Source of the DNA: Mesotaenium endlicherianum
Taxonomy: Eukaryota
Reading direction: 5' to 3'
Assembly (NCBI GenBank): GCA_009602735.1
Contig: WELA01002297.1
Coordinates: forward strand, 124,001-146,900
DNA length: 22,900 nucleotides
Positions within the stretch are counted from its first letter, which is position 1. The number at the start of each line of letters is the position of its first letter. A program made the position numbers and the translations under genes. This document shows, piece after piece, positions 20,938 to 22,900 of the stretch. The notes below the pieces were generated by a model. That model was not told the origin of the DNA. It worked only from the letters and a program-made list of their open reading frames with translations, and did no database searches.

Positions 20938-21625
20938 GACGGCCATGGCGCTCCTGGAGAGCCCCGTGGCGGTGCGCGACAAGGAGGCCAAGGAGTACTC
21001 GGGCATCATGCTGGCGCACTGCGCGCTGCGCTATGGGCAGCTCCCGCACACGGTGTCGGCGCTCATGCACGCGCTGCACAAGCACGAGCACCTGCCGGGC
21101 CACCTGGCGGACGTGGTGGCGCTCTCAGAGCTCAAGCTGCGCGACGGCCGGCTGGCGTCCGCCGCCCTCCAGGAGGCCGGCCGCGGCGATCCGCGGCAGT
21201 ATGCGCGCGACGCGGGCGGCGCCAAGAACGTGGCGGAGTTCCTCGTGGCCCTCGCCGACCGCCTGCCACGCCTGGTGGCCAAGAACCTCAGCCTGGTCAT
21301 GCCGCACCTCCACGGCGAGGCGTACCCGCTGCGCAACGCCGTGGTGGCCGTGTGCGGCAAGATGGTGGCCAAGGTGTTCCGCGACCCCGTGGCGGAGAAC
21401 GCGGGCGGCGAGGCCAGCCGGCTGCGCTCCAAGCAGGGCCTGCTGGAGGTGCTGCTGGAGCGCGCGCGCGACGTGTCGGCGTACGTGCGCAGCCGCGTGC
21501 TGCAGACGTGGGGGTACCTGTGCGAGGAGGAGGCGGTGCCGCTGGGTCACTGGAACGCCGTGGCCGCGCTCGCCATCGGCCGCCTTGAGGACAAGTCCTC
21601 CATCGTGCGCAAGAACGCCCTCGAG
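20938..21625 (+). CDS. CAP-D2: CAP-D2 coding exon 5 (HEAT repeats)
   Basis: EAYPLRNAVV, LLERARDVSAYVRSRVLQTW, GRLEDKSSIVRKNAL motifs; GCAG acceptor, GAG/GTGAGC donor. Confidence 0.93.
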
Positions 21626-22238
21626 GTGAGCTCCCGCGCGTGTAAGCGCGCACTTGCGTGTCTGCTTCTGTGCGCGTGTGCACGCCTAGCACGTTCCTGC
21701 CCCCCTCCTCCCAACCTCCTTCCCTCCTCTGCCTTTCTCTCCCATATCCGCCCCCCCCCTCCCTTCACGCCTCCCCCTCTGCATCTCTCTCCTCCTCTCC
21801 TTCTCTCGCTTCTGCATCTGCCAGCAGCGACCAGCCCGTCCGTGGCAGGAAGGCAGAAAGCTCTTGGTCTGTCCGTGGGGCTCTGAGGAGCAGTCCAAGT
21901 GCTTGGCCAGGCCCGCACCTTTGCCGAGCGAGCGGCACCGCTGGCCCGCCTCGACCTGAGCGCACCCCAGCCTTGCCCCCTCATAACGCGCAGACACCAC
22001 TTCGGCGCACTGCACGGGCGGAGCAGTTGCGTCAGGGGGGCCAGGCCTCACTCCCCTGCCCACCTATAGCCAGCCCCCGCCGTGCCCGCATCTCCCGCCC
22101 CTGGTGACACCGTCCCTCTTGCCAGGGGCGAGCAAGGGATCTCTGTGAGTCCGAGGGGCCCACTGCATGAGGCTGAATTCCTTCACTGTGTGTGTGTGGG
22201 GGGGGGGCGGGGGGGCGCGCGCGCGTGCGTGAGAGCAG

Positions 22239-22847
22239 CTGCTGACGGTGATGCTGGAGAAGAACATCTTCCAGGGCAACCTGGATCCCGAGCCCGTGGA
22301 GGCCTCCCTGGAGCTCTACCAGGCGCACCTGGCCAGGCTCAAGCCGCCGCCCGCCCCCGAGGAGCAGCGCCCGGAGGGGGAGGACGGGGGGGACGGCGAA
22401 GAGGGAGCTGCGGCGGCGGAGACGGGGGACGCAGGTGCGGGAGCGGAGGAGGGCGAGGGCAGGAGAGACGGCGAGACGGAAGAGGAGGCGGCAGAGCAGC
22501 CGGCAATGCAGGAAGAGGAGACCCAGACCCAGACCCAGACGCAGGACAATGAGGGGCTCCAGCAGGGCAGGCAGGAGGGCGGGGGTGCTGACGTGGCGGC
22601 GGCGGCGGCGGGCGGTGGGGAGGAGCTGCTGGCGCACGTGACGTACGAGGAGGGGCGGCGCACGGTGGCCATGCTGGACAGCATGCTGTCGTACAGCCGC
22701 TGCATGTCGCGCGCCATGCCCGTGCTGCAGCAGCTGCTGGCGTCCAACACGGCCAGCGACGTGGAGCACACCATTGGGTGCCTCATCGTGGCGCACAAGT
22801 TCAAGATCGACGGCGCCGAGCACGCCCTGCGCAAGATGCTGCCCCTC
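22239..22847 (+). CDS. CAP-D2: CAP-D2 coding exon 6; gene continues beyond window
   Basis: LLTVMLEKNIF, acidic linker, MPVLQQLLASNTASDVE, FKIDGAEHALRKMLPL; donor CTC/GTACGC. The six exons splice into 646 uninterrupted codons. Confidence 0.9.
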
Positions 22848-22900
22848 GTACGCTGCTCTCCCTCTCCTTCCTCCTCCCCTACCCCCCCCTCTCAAACCCC

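Noticed and set aside
19579..22895. Many long overlapping ORFs on both strands
   Set aside because: Shadow frames of very GC-rich CAP-D2 exons and introns.

Overview
Eukaryotic nuclear DNA, probably a streptophyte/green alga (inferred from a plant-type CAP-D2 and tRNA-iMet-primed chromoviruses). Bases 1016-16359 are a full-length but decayed Ty3/Gypsy chromovirus on the minus strand (LTRs 15653-16359 and 1016-1724, TSD CAATA, gag, -1-frame pol ending in a chromodomain). Between pol and its 3' LTR it carries an extra same-sense gene of unknown function (~560 codons once reconstructed), preceded by a TATA-like box, a candidate 104-nt 5'UTR intron and internal copies of the PPT. A younger plus-strand chromovirus (3208-9578, TSD CAACG) has inserted into that extra gene; it keeps pol but almost no gag, and its LTRs hold a tRNA-like Pol III A/B-box module and twin hairpins. 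A third, much older Gypsy pol relic lies at ~16400-17700. From 18446 to the window end are the first six coding exons of a condensin I subunit CAP-D2 gene, with a GC-AG intron and a steep rising GC3 gradient. All alignments and counts were done by hand.
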